From the human T2T-CHM13v2.0 reference genome, Homo sapiens, in the NCBI RefSeq assembly GCF_009914755.1, contig NC_060940.1: 64,000 nucleotides of DNA; one strand, written 5' to 3'. The translations under genes were made by a program, and so were the position numbers. The notes below the pieces were generated by a model. It did no database searches. It saw nothing but the letters and a program-made list of their open reading frames with translations, and was not told the origin of the DNA. This document shows, in pieces, positions 43,426 through 63,830 of the stretch; position 1 is the first letter of the stretch, and each line of letters opens with the position of its first letter.

Positions 43426-46400
43426 GGCCTGGGGCTCAGCAGCCTCCTCGGGGCACCAGGCAGCCTGCGGAGAGAACAAGGGGAGATAAGCTTGAAGACC
43501 GTGGACCAGCACAACTGCACCTCGGGCAGAGCCAGCCATCTGGAAGGGTCTACGCCCCACCGGTCGCTGGTTACCCAGCGCAGCAGCTCCAACTGCACTG
43601 TCCCCCAAAGACCCTAGGGCTCGCAGGATGAAATGGGGCCTGCTGCCTTTTGGGGGTATTTGTTTCCGAATACGGAGGCTCCGAAGTGCGAAAGTTGCAT
43701 ATCAGCTGTGCCTGAGACCCCACACCTGAGCCCTTCCCAGCTGAGCCTGGAGCCTGAGGACAAGCCAGGTCCCAGCCCCACACAGAGGAGGCACCGCGAG
43801 TCAGCAGCATCTCCGTAAGTCTAATCCTTTTCCTCCAAGACATCTAATTTTCTAATTGCACTTAACCACATGCTTAACCCTTAGGCTTCAGGCTGCTCTG
43901 CCTAAGGCCTGTCAGCAGAGCAGTGAATGCTCTGAATATTAACATTTCACTGAGGAGGGACTCAAAAGGGCCCTGACTGTGGCCAATGACAAGTGAAGTC
44001 TATATACAGTAAGTTCTCATTCATGTATTCGACTAGCCTGCGCTCTGTGCCTAGCATGTGGCAGGCACCGTATGGGTGTTGAGATACAAAGATTCATTCA
44101 GTCTTCATTTAATAATGCCTACTGGGTGCCAGGCATCTGCCAGGGGTCCTTTTGGATCAGAAGAGATGAGGCCTGAAAACTCCCAGTCAGAAGGGAGATA
44201 AACACTTCAAAAAAACCCTCACAGTCTGAGCAGGCTACTGGAGGCGGCAGGTGCGAGCCAGGCACCAGGTGGTGTGGGGAATGGAGGGGGGCAGAGAGCA
44301 TTGGTCAGGGATAGAAAGCTTCAGTCAGGGATAGGTCCCTCATGAACTGAACAAATGAACAGAGCTCAGGTATTCCCTGCAGAAGTCTTTATTGAGCACC
44401 TACTGTGTGCAAAGCAACCTTGAGGACATTTAAGGTGATCATGCTACAGTCCCAGACTCAGACAGTAATGTCATTTACAGAAGAAGCGAAGTCAGCTTGG
44501 AGAGGCAACATGGGGTTTTAAGATTGAGGTGGGGGTAACTGAAGGACTTCCTAGTGGAGCTTCCTGGGCTGTCGACTACTCTCCCCATCCGTCACTGCAG
44601 TGGCCACTTCCTGCCAGGAAGTGAAGATAGCTATTTGAAGGGTGTCCACCTCCCCTGACCCACTATGGGCCCACACACATTCATGTTTGCAGCCCCACTG
44701 CACCCAGTCTGCAGCTGCACCCACACTAAGAACTCTGGGATGGCTTGTGGGGTGAACGTTCTGAAATGAACACACACAAAAGCTTGAACTGAAGCCTGGA
44801 AGAGAGGTCAGGGCTGGACACAGACTCAGAGCTAAACAGGGCCACCAACGCCACAGGTGAGGAGGCAATCATCAAAGCTTGAGCAAGAGGAGACAGCCAT
44901 GTGATAACAGGGCTCACTGGGGGGTGGAAAGCTGCAGAAGGAAGCTGAGAGAGGGACAGGAGCTCCAGGCAAGTATAGAGTTTTCAGAAGTGACTGAAGT
45001 GTAAGTGGGAAGGAGAGGTTGTTCAGTGCCCAGTGCATCATGCCAAAGAGACGTGGAGGACTGAAAGCCCAGACAGGCAGAAAGCCTGAGCCTGTGGAGG
45101 GAGAAGGGCAGATGGCAAACTTCGGAGGGCTCAAAGAGTGGGGCGGGAGCTGGGGGAGGAAGCAGCCACTTCCTTCTCCTTGGGGGTGTTTGGCTAGGAT
45201 GGGAAGGAGAGGATGTGGTGTCTAGAATAGGGGGAGAGTTGAGCATATTGGGGAGACAGAGAGACAGGAGTGACTAAAGCATTGAGAGGCAAAAATAAAT
45301 AAATAAATAAATAATAAAGTAAAGGGTCCAGGGGTTAGGGGCCTGAAGATCTGGTGTCTGATGTTTGCAGAGCCCAACCCTGGAAGAATGCCAGGCACCT
45401 GGCGAGGAAGCCATGGTCTCTTCCTTCCTTGACTTAGAACAACTAGGAGGCTCCTAGGTTCAGTCTTACTGGGAAGGGGATGGGAATGTGGGCCAAAGGA
45501 CAGGGCAGAGGCTGATCTAAATACGTGGGCCAGCTCCACTGAGGAAACTGAGATGGACCAGTGTGGCGTGGAAGAAACCAAGGGGAGCAGCCAAATGTCC
45601 TCTTCTCCAGGCTGCCTGGCACAGAGCTGGGCACACAACCAACCCTGCAGACCAGCTGTCCAATGGGCAAGGGAAGGAGCAAGGCAGGTCCATCTGCAGT
45701 CTCGGCTGCTGGGAAGGTGAGACAGTGCAGGGCATTGGAGGCTGACTCCACAGTGGACAGAGAAGACTTTCAGGGAGATCAGCTCAGCTCAGTCTGAGGG
45801 GCAGGGACAGGAGGAGATAGCGTTTCTGCGGTTATCAGGAAGGGAAGTGGAGGAGGCAGCCAGGAAGATATCGGGAAGAAAGAGGAAGGGCGTGTGCTAG
45901 ATCCCGAAGAGGAAAAAGCAGCTGAATTTAGCAGCCTCAGGGGTGTGAAGGTCAAAAGTATCAAGGAATCTTAAGCCCAGGGTTCTGGGCCAAGAAAGCA
46001 GCACTCTCTCTCATTTACATGGGCATCTGAGATGAAACCTGGTGTCCGGGGACTTCTACCAACCTAGGATTCGTGGGGGAGGGCAGTGGGACTGGTTCAG
46101 AACGTGGCTCCCCTGTTTACTAGATGTCTGACCTTGGGAGAATTACTTTGCCTCTCCGTACTTCATTATCTCCATCTATAAAATGGGGAGAACACCACCT
46201 TATAGGGTTGCTCTAAAGATTAGACAAGGCCAAGTGTTCAGAACAATACTGGCATATACAAAGAGCTCCAAAATTTTATTTTTCAGTTACTTTGCTCCAG
46301 TGGTGGGTGAATGCAGAGGGCCTGGCTGGGGAAGAGGGTCTCTGCCTCTCTGGGTTTAGACCAGGACAGCAGAGCTGCAATACTCCCCCTGCCCTAGATC

Positions 46401-47079
46401 AGGGACATTGCAAAGACTGGGGGGACAGGCTGGACAGCTGCTCAGAGACTGCAGCAAGCAGGGCTTGGTCGCCCTGGGAGAGCAGGCAGAAGGTCAAGGA
46501 AGTTGTACAGGGAATGCCACCTCCCTGCACACCATCATCTATCCTGGGCTTTCCAGGGCAACCTAGATTTCAAACCCTCTGCTCCCTGGTGCCCCTGTGA
46601 ACAGCAGAACTCACCACCCTGTGCCCCTAAAGTCCACTCACTGCAAATGCAGGGCCCCATTCTGAGACTGCATTCCTAGCAAATGACTCTCCCTGGTCAA
46701 GGAGACGGCTACTCTAACAAGGGCATGGGGAATACACGTCTGGGAAAGAATGGGTGCTCACCCTGTTCAGGCAGAGGAAAAGCCGGGGAAGGTGAAAGAC
46801 CAGGGGTGGCCACAACCCGCAATCTTGAGACAGTGTTGGGGTATGGAGGTGGGGGCTGGGTGGCAGTAAATGGTACTCCAGAATTTAATTAAACACAGCT
46901 TCCTCTTTAATATCTCCCAGGACCAGGCCCTTCACTGCACCAGCCAGAGTTCTGCTCTAACTAGCAATGCTGGGCTTAAAGGGGTGGTCCTGGGATCGCC
47001 CTCCCTGCTGAGACCCTCACAACTGCTGCGGCTGTCAATGGCCCGATTCCTCACTGCCCGGAGGGCACCGGCCAAGGCC

Positions 47080-47920
47080 CTTCTTCCTAACCTCTGGGCG
47101 GGCGCACCCCGCCCCAGGCCCTGCCAGGGAAAAAGCGAACTCCCCAAGGGACGTGGTGGGAGGGACCCAAAGGCAGCCTTCCAGGGAGCCCTGGGGGTGG
47201 GGAAGACGCCAGGAAGGGGAGAGGGCGGCGCCGATTGACAAGCCCATCCCGGGTAGGGTCTGCGCTCTTCTCGTTCAATAAAATCCAAACGGGGTCCCGA
47301 GGCTGCTCGGATCCCGTGGGACACGCCGCCCCTGTGCCCAGCTCCCAGCAAGGTCCTCGACTCGGGCTGAACGGCGCTGGAGGGGACCTCGCAGGGCTGG
47401 GTCTCCCGGGCCTTTCCCTCCCCGCGCCCATAGCGGGTCCGGGCAGAGGGGTCCCGAGGGCAGGGCCGGCCCGGACGCGGCGCCCCAAACGGCGGGCCGG
47501 GCAGAGCCCAGCGCCCCGCTCGCACCCAGCCCGCCCGGGCCCCCCACTCACCGGCCTGGCGGAGGCAGGATCCAGGCGTCGCCGCAGCGCCCGGGGCTCG
47601 GCCCGGCCCGGCCCGCCGGCAGGAGGCAGCTCCACGCCGCCGCCTCCTCCTCGGCCAGCCCGCTCGCGCCCCTCCCGCACACTTTCCACAGGAAATGATT
47701 AACTCGGGCCGCGGCGCGTTCCCATGGCAACCGGCTCCGACCCCGGCGGGGGGCGGCGGCGCGCGCCCGCACTCACGCGCACTGGCGCGCACGCGTCAGC
47801 CCGGGCGCGCCCCCGCAGGTCTCCCGCCGGCACTCCCACTCCCACTCCCACTCCTTCGCGGGGCCTCCCACTCGGTCTCTCCCGCCTCCCCGCGTCCCGC
47901 ACTCGCACTGGCACACGTGC
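47080..47920. promoter_or_regulatory. KIFC3: CpG island / KIFC3 promoter
   Basis: Very high GC and CpG density, GC boxes, gcgcac-type motifs. Confidence 0.88.
47552..47690 (-). other. KIFC3: KIFC3 non-coding first exon (upper boundary approximate)
   Basis: CCG|gtgagt consensus donor inside the CpG island. Confidence 0.75.
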
Positions 47921-49784
47921 TCATGCGTTCCCTGAAGGCTCTCACAAAACAGGCCTGCACACGGGCTGGCACACACGAGGCAGCCCACACAGCCCCACAC
48001 CTGGTGAGCCATGCGTACTTTTGCACAGCCTCAAACCCGAGTGCAAAACTTCCACGCGAGTACTCACACATACACTTCTCACGCGGGCTCTCATACCAGT
48101 ACGTGTCTTCCCATCCCAACACACACACAAGCTCTTACTCACGAGACAATACATGTACATCCCTTACCGTGTCCTTGCACGCGCTGGCGCACATGCACTC
48201 ACACTGTTTACAGCGCACACGCTCTCACTCGCTCCACCACCTACTCGCTGGCCAGGCCGCCTTCTAGCCACAGCACTTCCTACCTCTGCACCCCCAGCCC
48301 CACCCCAGCAAATGAATATCTTCCCAGCAAGGAAGCTGCCTGGAGTCCCTTAAGGTAAAACACACCAATGGTGCAGCAGTTCCCGGCCTTGCTGCAGAAG
48401 GCCCTGCTACTGGGGCACCTAGAGCCTCAGAAGAGGCCTGGGGGAGGCCAGGGGCCTGCCAGCCGGGAGAGACAGCTGACCTGGAGGAGCCACTCTGTTC
48501 TTTGTCTCCCAAACAGAGGCAGCATTTTATTCCAGAGCCAGCAGCAATATTCTCCCTCACTCTCCACACCCCCGGGTGCGGAAGAGGAGAAAGCAAGTCA
48601 CTCTGAAGCCAGCCCATGCAGGCTGACGGTTCTGCAGATAATCCCAGGAGGGCGGGTACTCTGTCCCTTCCTGCTTGTCAGGGGATGGCCCAAGAAGATC
48701 AAGGAGAGGACTGGAGGGGGTCGGGCAACTCCAGGTGGGTTCTATCTCCTGCTGCCGCCCAGGCGCTGGGCTGCCAGTCAAGAATCTCGACCAGCGACGG
48801 AGCCAAGGGCCTGGGCCTCAGATTGTTCTGGACGCCAGAGCAGGACAGTCACAGTCCCCCAGCTGGAAGCAGCCTAGTGCATGCTTTATTTGACAACTGA
48901 GATTCCTCAGTGAAGGCCTGATAGAGGGTGAATGTAACGCTCCTGGAATCATTCCCTAGAGAGTTAGATTTCCAGCTGAACACCACACTGGAGAACCCTT
49001 CCAATGGGAGAGAAAGCCTTATTTGGGGAGTTATGATCTCTGAATTCCTCTGCCTGCCCTCCAAACAGCAGTGATCCAGGGGACCGCAAGGGTGGATGAA
49101 GGCAAAATGTCTCTAGAATTCTGATTTAGTATCTATCTCCCTTGATTATAGTCCCTATGAGTTGATGGGGCGGGGGATGGGGAGGACAGAATGTCTTTAA
49201 AGTCCTGGTTCAAAACTGGAGACTTTTTCTTACTCAGGGATTGAGTACATTGACATTAACTGTAGGTCCTTCCCACCAAAGCCAAAGCCAGATTTTTAAA
49301 TTAATAATAACATTTATTGTTCTTTTGCTTTGATTACAAAAGTAATAGATGTTCATTGTAACCATATCCCACACACTGGAGATAAATGCTGCCAACACTT
49401 TAGAAGTCTTTTTTTTTCCTGTGTACATAATAGATGCCATTATTGAAGCTAACACTGTGTCAGGCACAGCACTAAGCTCTTTATAAACAAAATCCCATTT
49501 AACCCTGAACACCCTATGAACACCAGTACTGTTTCAGGACACCCGTGTTTCAGGAAAGGAAACTGAGCCTCAGAAAGTTTGTTCACAAATGCAGTGTGTG
49601 ATAGAGCTATGACTCCAATAGGTACTCACACAGTACTATCAGATGCATATGGGTATAACAACTTATTAAGATCAAAGCACCAGCGAAGGAAAAAGGAAAT
49701 TGAAGTGTAAGGAGGTTGTATTTTTGGAATTCTAGCAAAACTCCGATTTGAAACGTAAAAACTACTTGTTTCATGGTTGTTGCA

Positions 49785-50460
<676 letters not shown>

Positions 50461-50811
50461 CCCAGTTGTTGGAATTTAAGAATGTACAATGTCATCAGGA
50501 ACTACGTACCAACTCCAAGGTCATTTCTAACCCAGAAACTTCGCTGATGATTTGCATAGGAGGCTGCCAACTCTCCTGGCCCCGGGAAAGGTGCAAGTTT
50601 TGCTGAAACCTGGCCATTCCAACACTGAAGTCCTAAACCCTTGAGGGAGGACTCTTGGGTTCAGCCTTAGCCTTGACCCTTCCTGCCGAACTCTGGCAGA
50701 GGCACAGCTGTCTCAGGGAGGGCCAGACAGAAGACAGTGTCCAGAACACTGCAATTCCACGCCCACATCCACCCCATCCCCAGGCAGGGACTAGCAGCGC
50801 CATCTTTGTGT

Positions 50812-51216
<405 letters not shown>

Positions 51217-52116
51217 CCATCTTTGTGTTCAGAGGGCCTGAAACCCTTTACTGCTCAGGCATTCGTCAGAGAAGTGGCCAAGAGCCTGAGAGTTCTGCTC
51301 CCCAAAGGGAAGGAAAGAAGGGGAATGAAAAGTCAGATTGTGTTTAATCTGATTCTCATAGCAACCCAGAGTAAAGCACAGATAAGATTTACATGATTTT
51401 CCCATTTTAAATGATTTAACCTCAGATCAAGTCTTCTCCGAGCCTTTGCAAATGTTGTCCTCCCTGCCTGGAAAGCCCCTCTCCTTCACCCCATTCTCAT
51501 CTGCCTCCACTAACCCTTACCTGGCCAATTCCATACCTGCTTGTCCCTCCTTCAAGTTTAGAGGTCACCTTCTTTGACCCTCCCAGGCACCAGCAGGCGG
51601 GCTCAACTCACCCCCTGCAGCATCCCCGACCCTGGATCATGATGGCGTTCCTGTGTATACCATCTGCTCCTTCAGGACAGGACCCTTTCGTTACTTGATC
51701 ACAGGGAAATCCTCAGCTGACCCCAGCTCAGGGCCTGGTATCACAGACATGTTCATTGAATAAATCCATAGATCCCATAGAATTCAGAAGGGAAGAACAG
51801 GTGCGTGAAATGTACCCAAACAGACTTTCTTCCCATGTAAAGTAATGATAATTTCTACCAAAAGGAAGTAAGAGAAGGCTCCTTAGCAATTATTTCCATG
51901 TGGTCAGGAAGGAGTGCCCTGCAGCTGTGAAAAGTGTGTCCTCTCATGCTTCTGGGTAACAGAACATTTATTGAAGTTGGAGAAACTCATTCTGGAGTGA
52001 GCCGCATATTAAGTAATCCTGACCCAATTAGCTGCTTTTTTGAATCCACATCTTCCAATCTTCCAATCCCTCTGAAATCATTCATCATGAGCACCGCAGA
52101 AAGAACTACGGAGGAG

Positions 52117-53130
<1,014 letters not shown>

Positions 53131-56100
53131 CCTTCTAAGAGGACTAGAAAATAAAAAGGAAACCACCTTGCTTTAAAATCCAAATGGTGGCTGCCTTTCT
53201 GCATTGGCCAAAAAGACTGAACTCGACAGTTCTCCCCTAACTCTCAGTTTAGGGGAACCTAAAGCCTTATGACTCAAGGAGGAATTTGGCGGAGATTCCC
53301 TCCCTCCTAGCACTCCAAGGCTAAAAGCAAACGGAGGCTTTGTGAGGTTTTTTTTCCCCTTTTATCATTTCCTGTAGTCTTAAAAAAATGAGAGGAATGC
53401 AAACATTGAGGAGATAATGGACGTAAGCACCAGGTAATAAAAAGATTTAGCAATAACCGCCCTGAGAGTAGCACGGGCCAAATAAGCCCCGCCCCCGGCC
53501 CGCCTCTCAGCCCGAGGATCCTCCCACCATCCTCCAGAAGCCGCCGGGCTCCTCCTTGCTAAGTGTTCTGCCGCTTCTCTCCTTGCTCCTAAATTGTTAT
53601 AGCTCCGGGTTCTAAACCAGCACATGCGTTATTAACATCCTTCGCATTTTTCCCCACTTCCTCATTCACTTCTCCCCACCTGCTGCAAATTCTAGGTGGC
53701 AGTTTTTGTTTTTGAACTTAAAATTTTTTTTTTTCTGCACAAATCTAATAGAAACCAAGAGAGAGAGGAAAAACACAAAAACTAAAACACCAAATCCCAC
53801 CACCCTTCACTTATTGTCATTGGCCCAGATTTTTCTTTCCAGTATCTGACCTTGAGCTGATGTCATTTCTGTGTTAAGGAGAGACAGTATAGAGAGATGG
53901 CTAAAGGTGGTTCTGAGGCCAGGCAGACCTGGGTTTGAGCTCATTCACTGGCTCAGTCACTTCCGCTGTGCCTCAGTTTCCTCCTGTGAAAATGAGAGTA
54001 GGGCTAGTGTCTAACCCATTGAGTTATGGTGAGATGTAAATTGGAGCAAGCACATAGCACCCTCAGCCCAGCATCTGGCACACAATTGGCATTTCTGCAA
54101 ACACAAGCTGCAGTTATAGTGGGAGGCAAAGACTGGATAGAATTTTTTACTCTGCCTTTTCTTACTTTGAATCATGTAAGTGCTGGGTGTGGTGGCTCAT
54201 GCCTGTAGTCCCAGCTTCTTGGAAGGCAGAGGTGGGAGGATCGCTTAAGCCCAGGAGTTGGTCAGCCTGGCCAACATAGCAAGACTCCCATCTCTAAATT
54301 TTTTTTAATTATTATAATAAGCATTTTCCATGTCACTTTTTCCTGCTAATGCCTACATTTTTCTGAAGTGCAGACATCATAGGATAAAGCCAAGGTCACA
54401 TTCAGAATGGAGGTTCCAGTGTCTGGGGCGCACCTAGCACTCAATAAAAATGGCTGAAAAGTATTTCATTTATTCACTTATTTAGAGTTGGGGTCTCGCT
54501 CTCTCACCCAGGCTGGAGTGAGGTGGCATGATCAGAGCTCACTGCAGCCTTAAACTCCTGAGTTGAAGCAGTCCTCCCACCTCAGCCTCCCGTGTACTGG
54601 AACTACAGCTGTGAGCCACTGCACCCAGCAAAAAACTATTTTAAATGGCTGCATAATATTCCACTGAGAGCCTGTGCCCTGACTGAGCTGGCCATTCCGT
54701 AGGGTCTGATATTTGAGTAGCTCCCATTTTTGTCACTTTTATAAACAGCATTGCTGTCACCATTGCCACCCACACAGCCCGTTCATTCCCTGGTGTGGGG
54801 AGGGAAGGGAGAAGAGAGGTTGTCAATTTCATAAAAAATCTTTCTGAATAAAGAGTCTGAGCATTTTTTTTTCACTTTCTAAACATGTTGCCAGATTGCC
54901 CCTCAGAAGGCCTGTACCAAATTTACACTGTCGTTGGCAGCATTTTTTGACGAGAACTACTTTTCACGCTAATTTACAGTTTTTCTCTTGGATCTGGAAT
55001 TCTCGCCCTGGCTGGTTCTCCTGGGAGGCATGAGGCATATATAAAGATATCTGAGCGATGGCTGTCACCAGAGGGGCGTATCTGGTTCTTCTGCCAGGTG
55101 CTCAGGCCGGGAGTGTTTCTGTCTGCTGGGCCAGGCCAGGTGGGGCTGAGAGCACTGACTCAGTGCTCCCAATCCCTGCCTGCTGTTAAGCCCTCAGAGA
55201 TCTTCTGAGGTCAGTCCTGGAACGCCTCAGTACCCCGCGGTCCAACACTCTGGCCCATCCTAGACGGATGAGTCTCATCTGGTGCCACCACCATGATTCC
55301 TGCTCTCACACCCTGGCACTTCACTGGGGCTCCTTGCAGTAAGTCAATCAGCTACTACTGGGGGAAAAAAAAATTCCTCCTGGGTGGGGAGATGGGGACA
55401 GGGGCCATAAGGGAAGCCACGTGCTCCTGGAAAGCCATAGCCACAGCCCCTGACCACCTGCTGAACTCTTAGCACCACTGCTGCTGCTGCCTTTAAACTG
55501 TAGCTTCGCTTTGCTGAGGTTCTGTGGTGCGCAGCCTCTCCCCTAGCTCTGGTCCTCCTCCTCTGGGGGTGGCCCTTGTTTGCAAACAGCAACAGGAAGT
55601 TTTGACGCTGCTGATTAACTAGACTCCCACAGCTCTCAGTGCTGAGTCATCGCCACCAGTGTCAACCTCCCGCCCGCCCCGCTGACACCACCAGCTTCCA
55701 GGTGACCGAGAGGAAGCAGCAAGGATCCTGCGGTTCCAGTGGCTTCCATCTGCCACCTTCCAAGGGAGGGGAGGGACAAACTTCCATCCACCCCAGACAA
55801 CCAGAATGTGCAGGGCCCTGAATGCCAGGACGGGAATTTAATCTAATTCAACTTCAGCAATGGGCTGAGGGACAGCTTCATGCCAGGCAAAGGGAAAAAC
55901 TCTTTACACACAGGATTGCCTTTGCTTTCATTCAATCCCCGCAACAACATGTGTGGTAGGTGTTATTATTCCCATTGTACAGATGGAGAGACTGAGGCCA
56001 GTGGAAGGCCTATGGATGTGTAGGGGCTGCTGTGGGAAGATAGCTTGGAGTGCCAGAGATGGTGGGTACCGCCAGCAGGAGCTGTGTCCCCAACCCACGA

Positions 56101-56610
56101 TGTGACCTTGGTCAGACTTCCTCCCTGTTCTGGGTCTCATGCCCCTCCCTGGGTAAAGGAGGAGGGTGGACTGGTGACCTTCTCAGGGCTACAGCCACAA
56201 GGAAGTGAGTGGGCCAGCTGGAAGGGATGGTCCTCATTCTGGGACTCTGCTTGCTGAAAGCCTGATCCAAGGGCAGGAGCATCCCACCTCAGTACCTGGG
56301 GTTGGCTTCACTGTTCACAGTTGCTTCTCCAAGGAACTCCACTGAAAGAAAGTAGTTGAGTGGTTGCCAGGGCCTGGGAGGGAGAATGATGAGTGACTAT
56401 GAATGGGGCTTCTTTGGGGCGTGATAAAATGTCCTAAAGTTAGTTTATGGTGACAGTGTACAACTCTGTAAATATACTAAAAACTATTGGATTGTACACT
56501 TTAAACAGGGAATGTTATGGTATGATAATTATATCTCAGTAAAGCCGTTTAAGAGAGAAAGGAAGAAGGAAGGAGGGAGGACAGGAGAGAGAGAGACCTA
56601 CACAGAGGTC

Positions 56611-57530
<920 letters not shown>

Positions 57531-57959
57531 AAAAAAAGAGGTCAGGCCAGAGCTGCCTTTGGGATTTGCCTTCTGGGAATAGGGCCCTCAGCACCCAGCC
57601 CCTCTGCAATCATCCCCCTCTAAGCAGCCTCACTCCAGAGTCCAGGAAAGGTGTGTGTGAAGACACCCAGTGGCAGGCGGTGGCCCCAGCTGCTGACCGA
57701 GTGTGATGGGGCCCTGGCCTTTGGTGCTTGCCTTCCTCAGAGCGGAAAGAGCCATGAATCAAAGGGCAGGTGTGTGTGGACCTGAAGGAATGTGGGGAGG
57801 GTGGCAAGAAAACGGCTGGAGGTGGAGCGGGAGAGACCCCATGAGTCAGGGTGAGATGAGGTGTTGCTCAGACAGGGAGGGCCTGGAAACAAAGCCTGGA
57901 CTGGAAACACCGAAACACCGGGCTGGCCAGGGCGCTCTCAGTTGCCTGGAAACATCTTA

Positions 57960-58664
<705 letters not shown>

Positions 58665-59721
58665 CTATGCTCTTCATGCCCACCTCCTGGGGCAAATGGC
58701 ACCGGATGCCCCTGTCTTAAGTGAACAAATGGAGACTCTAACCACCTTCTGAGAATCCCAGCCCTGGGGTCAAACCTGCATGCCTGCCGAGTGCCTGCAT
58801 GACAATAATTAGGATTTCCTATGCTCTGAAGCAAACCTCCCACCTGGCATCCTGCGTGTGTCCAGCACCTCCCTGCACCCGGGCACCACTCATGCAGGTG
58901 GGCTTGGCATCCTCACAGCCTCTGCAGCACGTGCCTTCAGAGGGAAGAGAACCGGGGACTCGGGAGACTCAAGGCATCTCCAGAGTCACAGCCTGAAGAC
59001 AGAACCCCATGCTCTCCTGGACATAAAAGCCATGCGGTCCCTGGTAGACAGGTAGGCAGAGGTGAAGGGATCTACCCTGGCACTGGGTAGGGGCTGTGCA
59101 GTCACTCCTGCTTATTCTTCCTGTACATCCCGCTACTGTCCTCATGCTATAGATTTGACTGGGGCAGGCTGGCTGCAGAGTCCAAGTCTTGAACCACTGC
59201 ACCACACTGCCTCTCAAGGGCACAGTCAATGGGGTACCTTGTCATTGTGGGTCATTCCTCAGCATGCATTCAGAGCTCTTCACCATCTGCCTGCAGCCGC
59301 CCTGCCCAGCCTTCTCTCCCACTGACCCCACAAGGCACCCTCTTTCTGGTCTTTGAATTTTTCATATGCTCCGCCCACACCCCCATATCCCCACCTGCAG
59401 CCGTTTACCTGTGAGGCCCAATGGAAGCATCACCTCCTCCATGGGGACTCCTGATACCACCTAGTCAGAAGTTCCCCAGGACCACCTCCCCTTCCCTTAG
59501 CTCACCTAGCACTGGATTCACAACTGTGGGGGACTGTTAGTCTCCTACATTAGATTGGAGGTCCCTGATTCAGGCTCCCATGCTGTGTGACTTAGGGTAA
59601 GTCTCTGAGCCTCAGTTTCCTCATTAACAGGTAATATTTATTGAGCACGTACTATGTGCCAGGTACTATGTGCTAAGTACTCTACATGAACTCTCCCATT
59701 TAATCCTTACAGCACCTATGA

Positions 59722-60263
<542 letters not shown>

Positions 60264-62168
60264 TGATACCATCTTTGGAGGCTGATGCTGGCAGTCTGTT
60301 GTGGCTGGGAACTTGGGGTGACCTCCTTTTGCTTCTCACATCAGCCCTGTCTCTACCCACAGAAACAGACTCTGCCCAAACAAGTCCTGCAATGCACAGA
60401 GCCCGGTGGCAAACAAGCCACCTGGATAAATGGTGCCCAAGGCTGTGGGGGTCCTGGGAGGCTGACTGGAGGCAGAATTGTGCTCATTTGTAACCAGAGT
60501 AGCTCCGGGTTGCTTCTGTTAGCTCAAGGCCACAGGTACATCTCTGTGCTTAGAGATCCACACCGCACCCCACCACCGCCACGTGTTTTCTAGGATCCCC
60601 TCCAAGCATTTTCCAAAGCCCGAGGGGCTGCTTACAAGACTCTGCCCATCACCCCCAACCTGGCTGATCTGGGACCACATCAGCACCTGGCCTGACTCTT
60701 CTACCAGGATGCCCTCCAAGACCAACACTGATGCCTTAGTCACCCTCACCAGGGAGGCTGGGGGTGCCCCCACATGGCTGCTGCACCTGATGTTGGAAAC
60801 GGAGGCTCCAAAAACGTAAGTGAAGTGGGTATTCCTGCTAAACACTCCACTCGGGGCCTGGGAGAAGGGGAGCAAATATCTGTCTACTCCCTCAACTCCA
60901 CCCAGCCATGGCTTGTCCCACGGCCAAGTTGCCTGGGTCCTTGGGATCACCAACTTCTTCTGACTCTCTACACACACACCCCCAAACACCCCCAGACTCC
61001 TTTCCTGCCACTCCCCCACCTCAGGCACACATGCAGTGCTTGGTGCCTGGGTTAAGTCTGTGCCCTGTGGCGAGTGCTGCCCGGATACCCCGGGGTCCAT
61101 TTGAGGATGAACTCGGCTGGGTCACCCCTGCTACAAACAGGCTTTTACATTCTTGAACTTCACCTGGGGTGAGGGTCTTCAGGAGTGCTGTCCCTTTTCC
61201 TCCTGAGGCCTCCTTGGTCCTGATGTTAGTGAGTGGCCATCCACGTACCCACAGGAAGGATGTGGTCAAATCCTCTTACCAGTGGCTCTGAACCATTTGA
61301 CCTGCTACCTGAGCTGCTGGGGAGAGGAAAGGGGAGGGTGCTCCCACTTCTAATAGTTCATCAAGTTCTCACAACATCCCCATTCACAGGTGAGAAAACC
61401 GAGGCCCGGAAAGTGTCAACCCAAATCACGACACTCCTTGCCCCAAACCCAGAAGCCTGAGGAAGTAAGGAAGTGCGGTGGGATCTGTCTTCCCGTGTGT
61501 CTTCAGGATCCTGGGGCCTGCCCCTCCTGGCTTCCTCTTGAGGAAGGCCTCAGAAGACCCGCCTTTGGTCACAGGACAGAAGCTGGGCCAAGAGGCAAAG
61601 GTTTTGGCCGCCACAGGGGAAACTCTGGGCTCAGAGCTGCCGAAGTGACTCACGGGCCCTGCTGGGAAGCAGCTGACGTTCCTTGTCTGCGCCTTACAAA
61701 ACCACACGGGCTGCGAGTGACAGCTGGCTGCTCTGAGTGGCGGAGGAATGTTGTTGCCAGACAGGTTCCTGAGGCATCTGCTGAGCTGTGCTCCAGAAAC
61801 CAGCCCTGGGCAGCTGCCACACCAGGCAGCCTCCACCCCTCCCCACAACCAGGAGTCTTGGAGGGCACCCCCACCAACCTCAACAGAACTCTCCCCTCAG
61901 GGATCCGTGGAAGTCAGCCACTGCCACAGGGACAGCCACCCCTTCCAGGCAGGAGCTCATGGGAAACCAAGACCAGGGAACCCATCCCACCCCCAGTAAG
62001 ACTTGAGGCCAGGGAGGTTGGAGGGGTCTCCCTGTGACCAAATCTGTGGCCATCACAACCGACCTTGAACCATAATACTAAGAATGATAACAATAATAAT
62101 CACAGCTAACCCTTCACACTCACTACATGCCGGGCACCATGGCATGGAGCACTTTTTCTGAATTATCA

Positions 62169-62960
<792 letters not shown>

Positions 62961-63174
62961 ATGTGTAATCTTCTTAATAAGACTGATATTGCTTTTATCC
63001 TCATCTTACAGATAAGAGGCTCAGAGAGGTTAAGCAACTTGCCAGAAATCACCCAGCCTCTGATTCTAGAATCCACACTACATTGTCTCACCCATCACCA
63101 TCATCATCACCATCTCCTCACAGAAGCTTAGCATTTCATCACTTACAAAGCTTCTCCTGGCCATTGTCACATTT

Positions 63175-63830
<656 letters not shown>

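Noticed and set aside
46932-48358. Several long overlapping ORFs on both strands
   Set aside because: CpG-island composition suppresses stop codons; no coding signature
50795-50811. CTCF-like cagcgccatctttgtg
   Set aside because: Mismatches at key core positions; better explained as insertion target site
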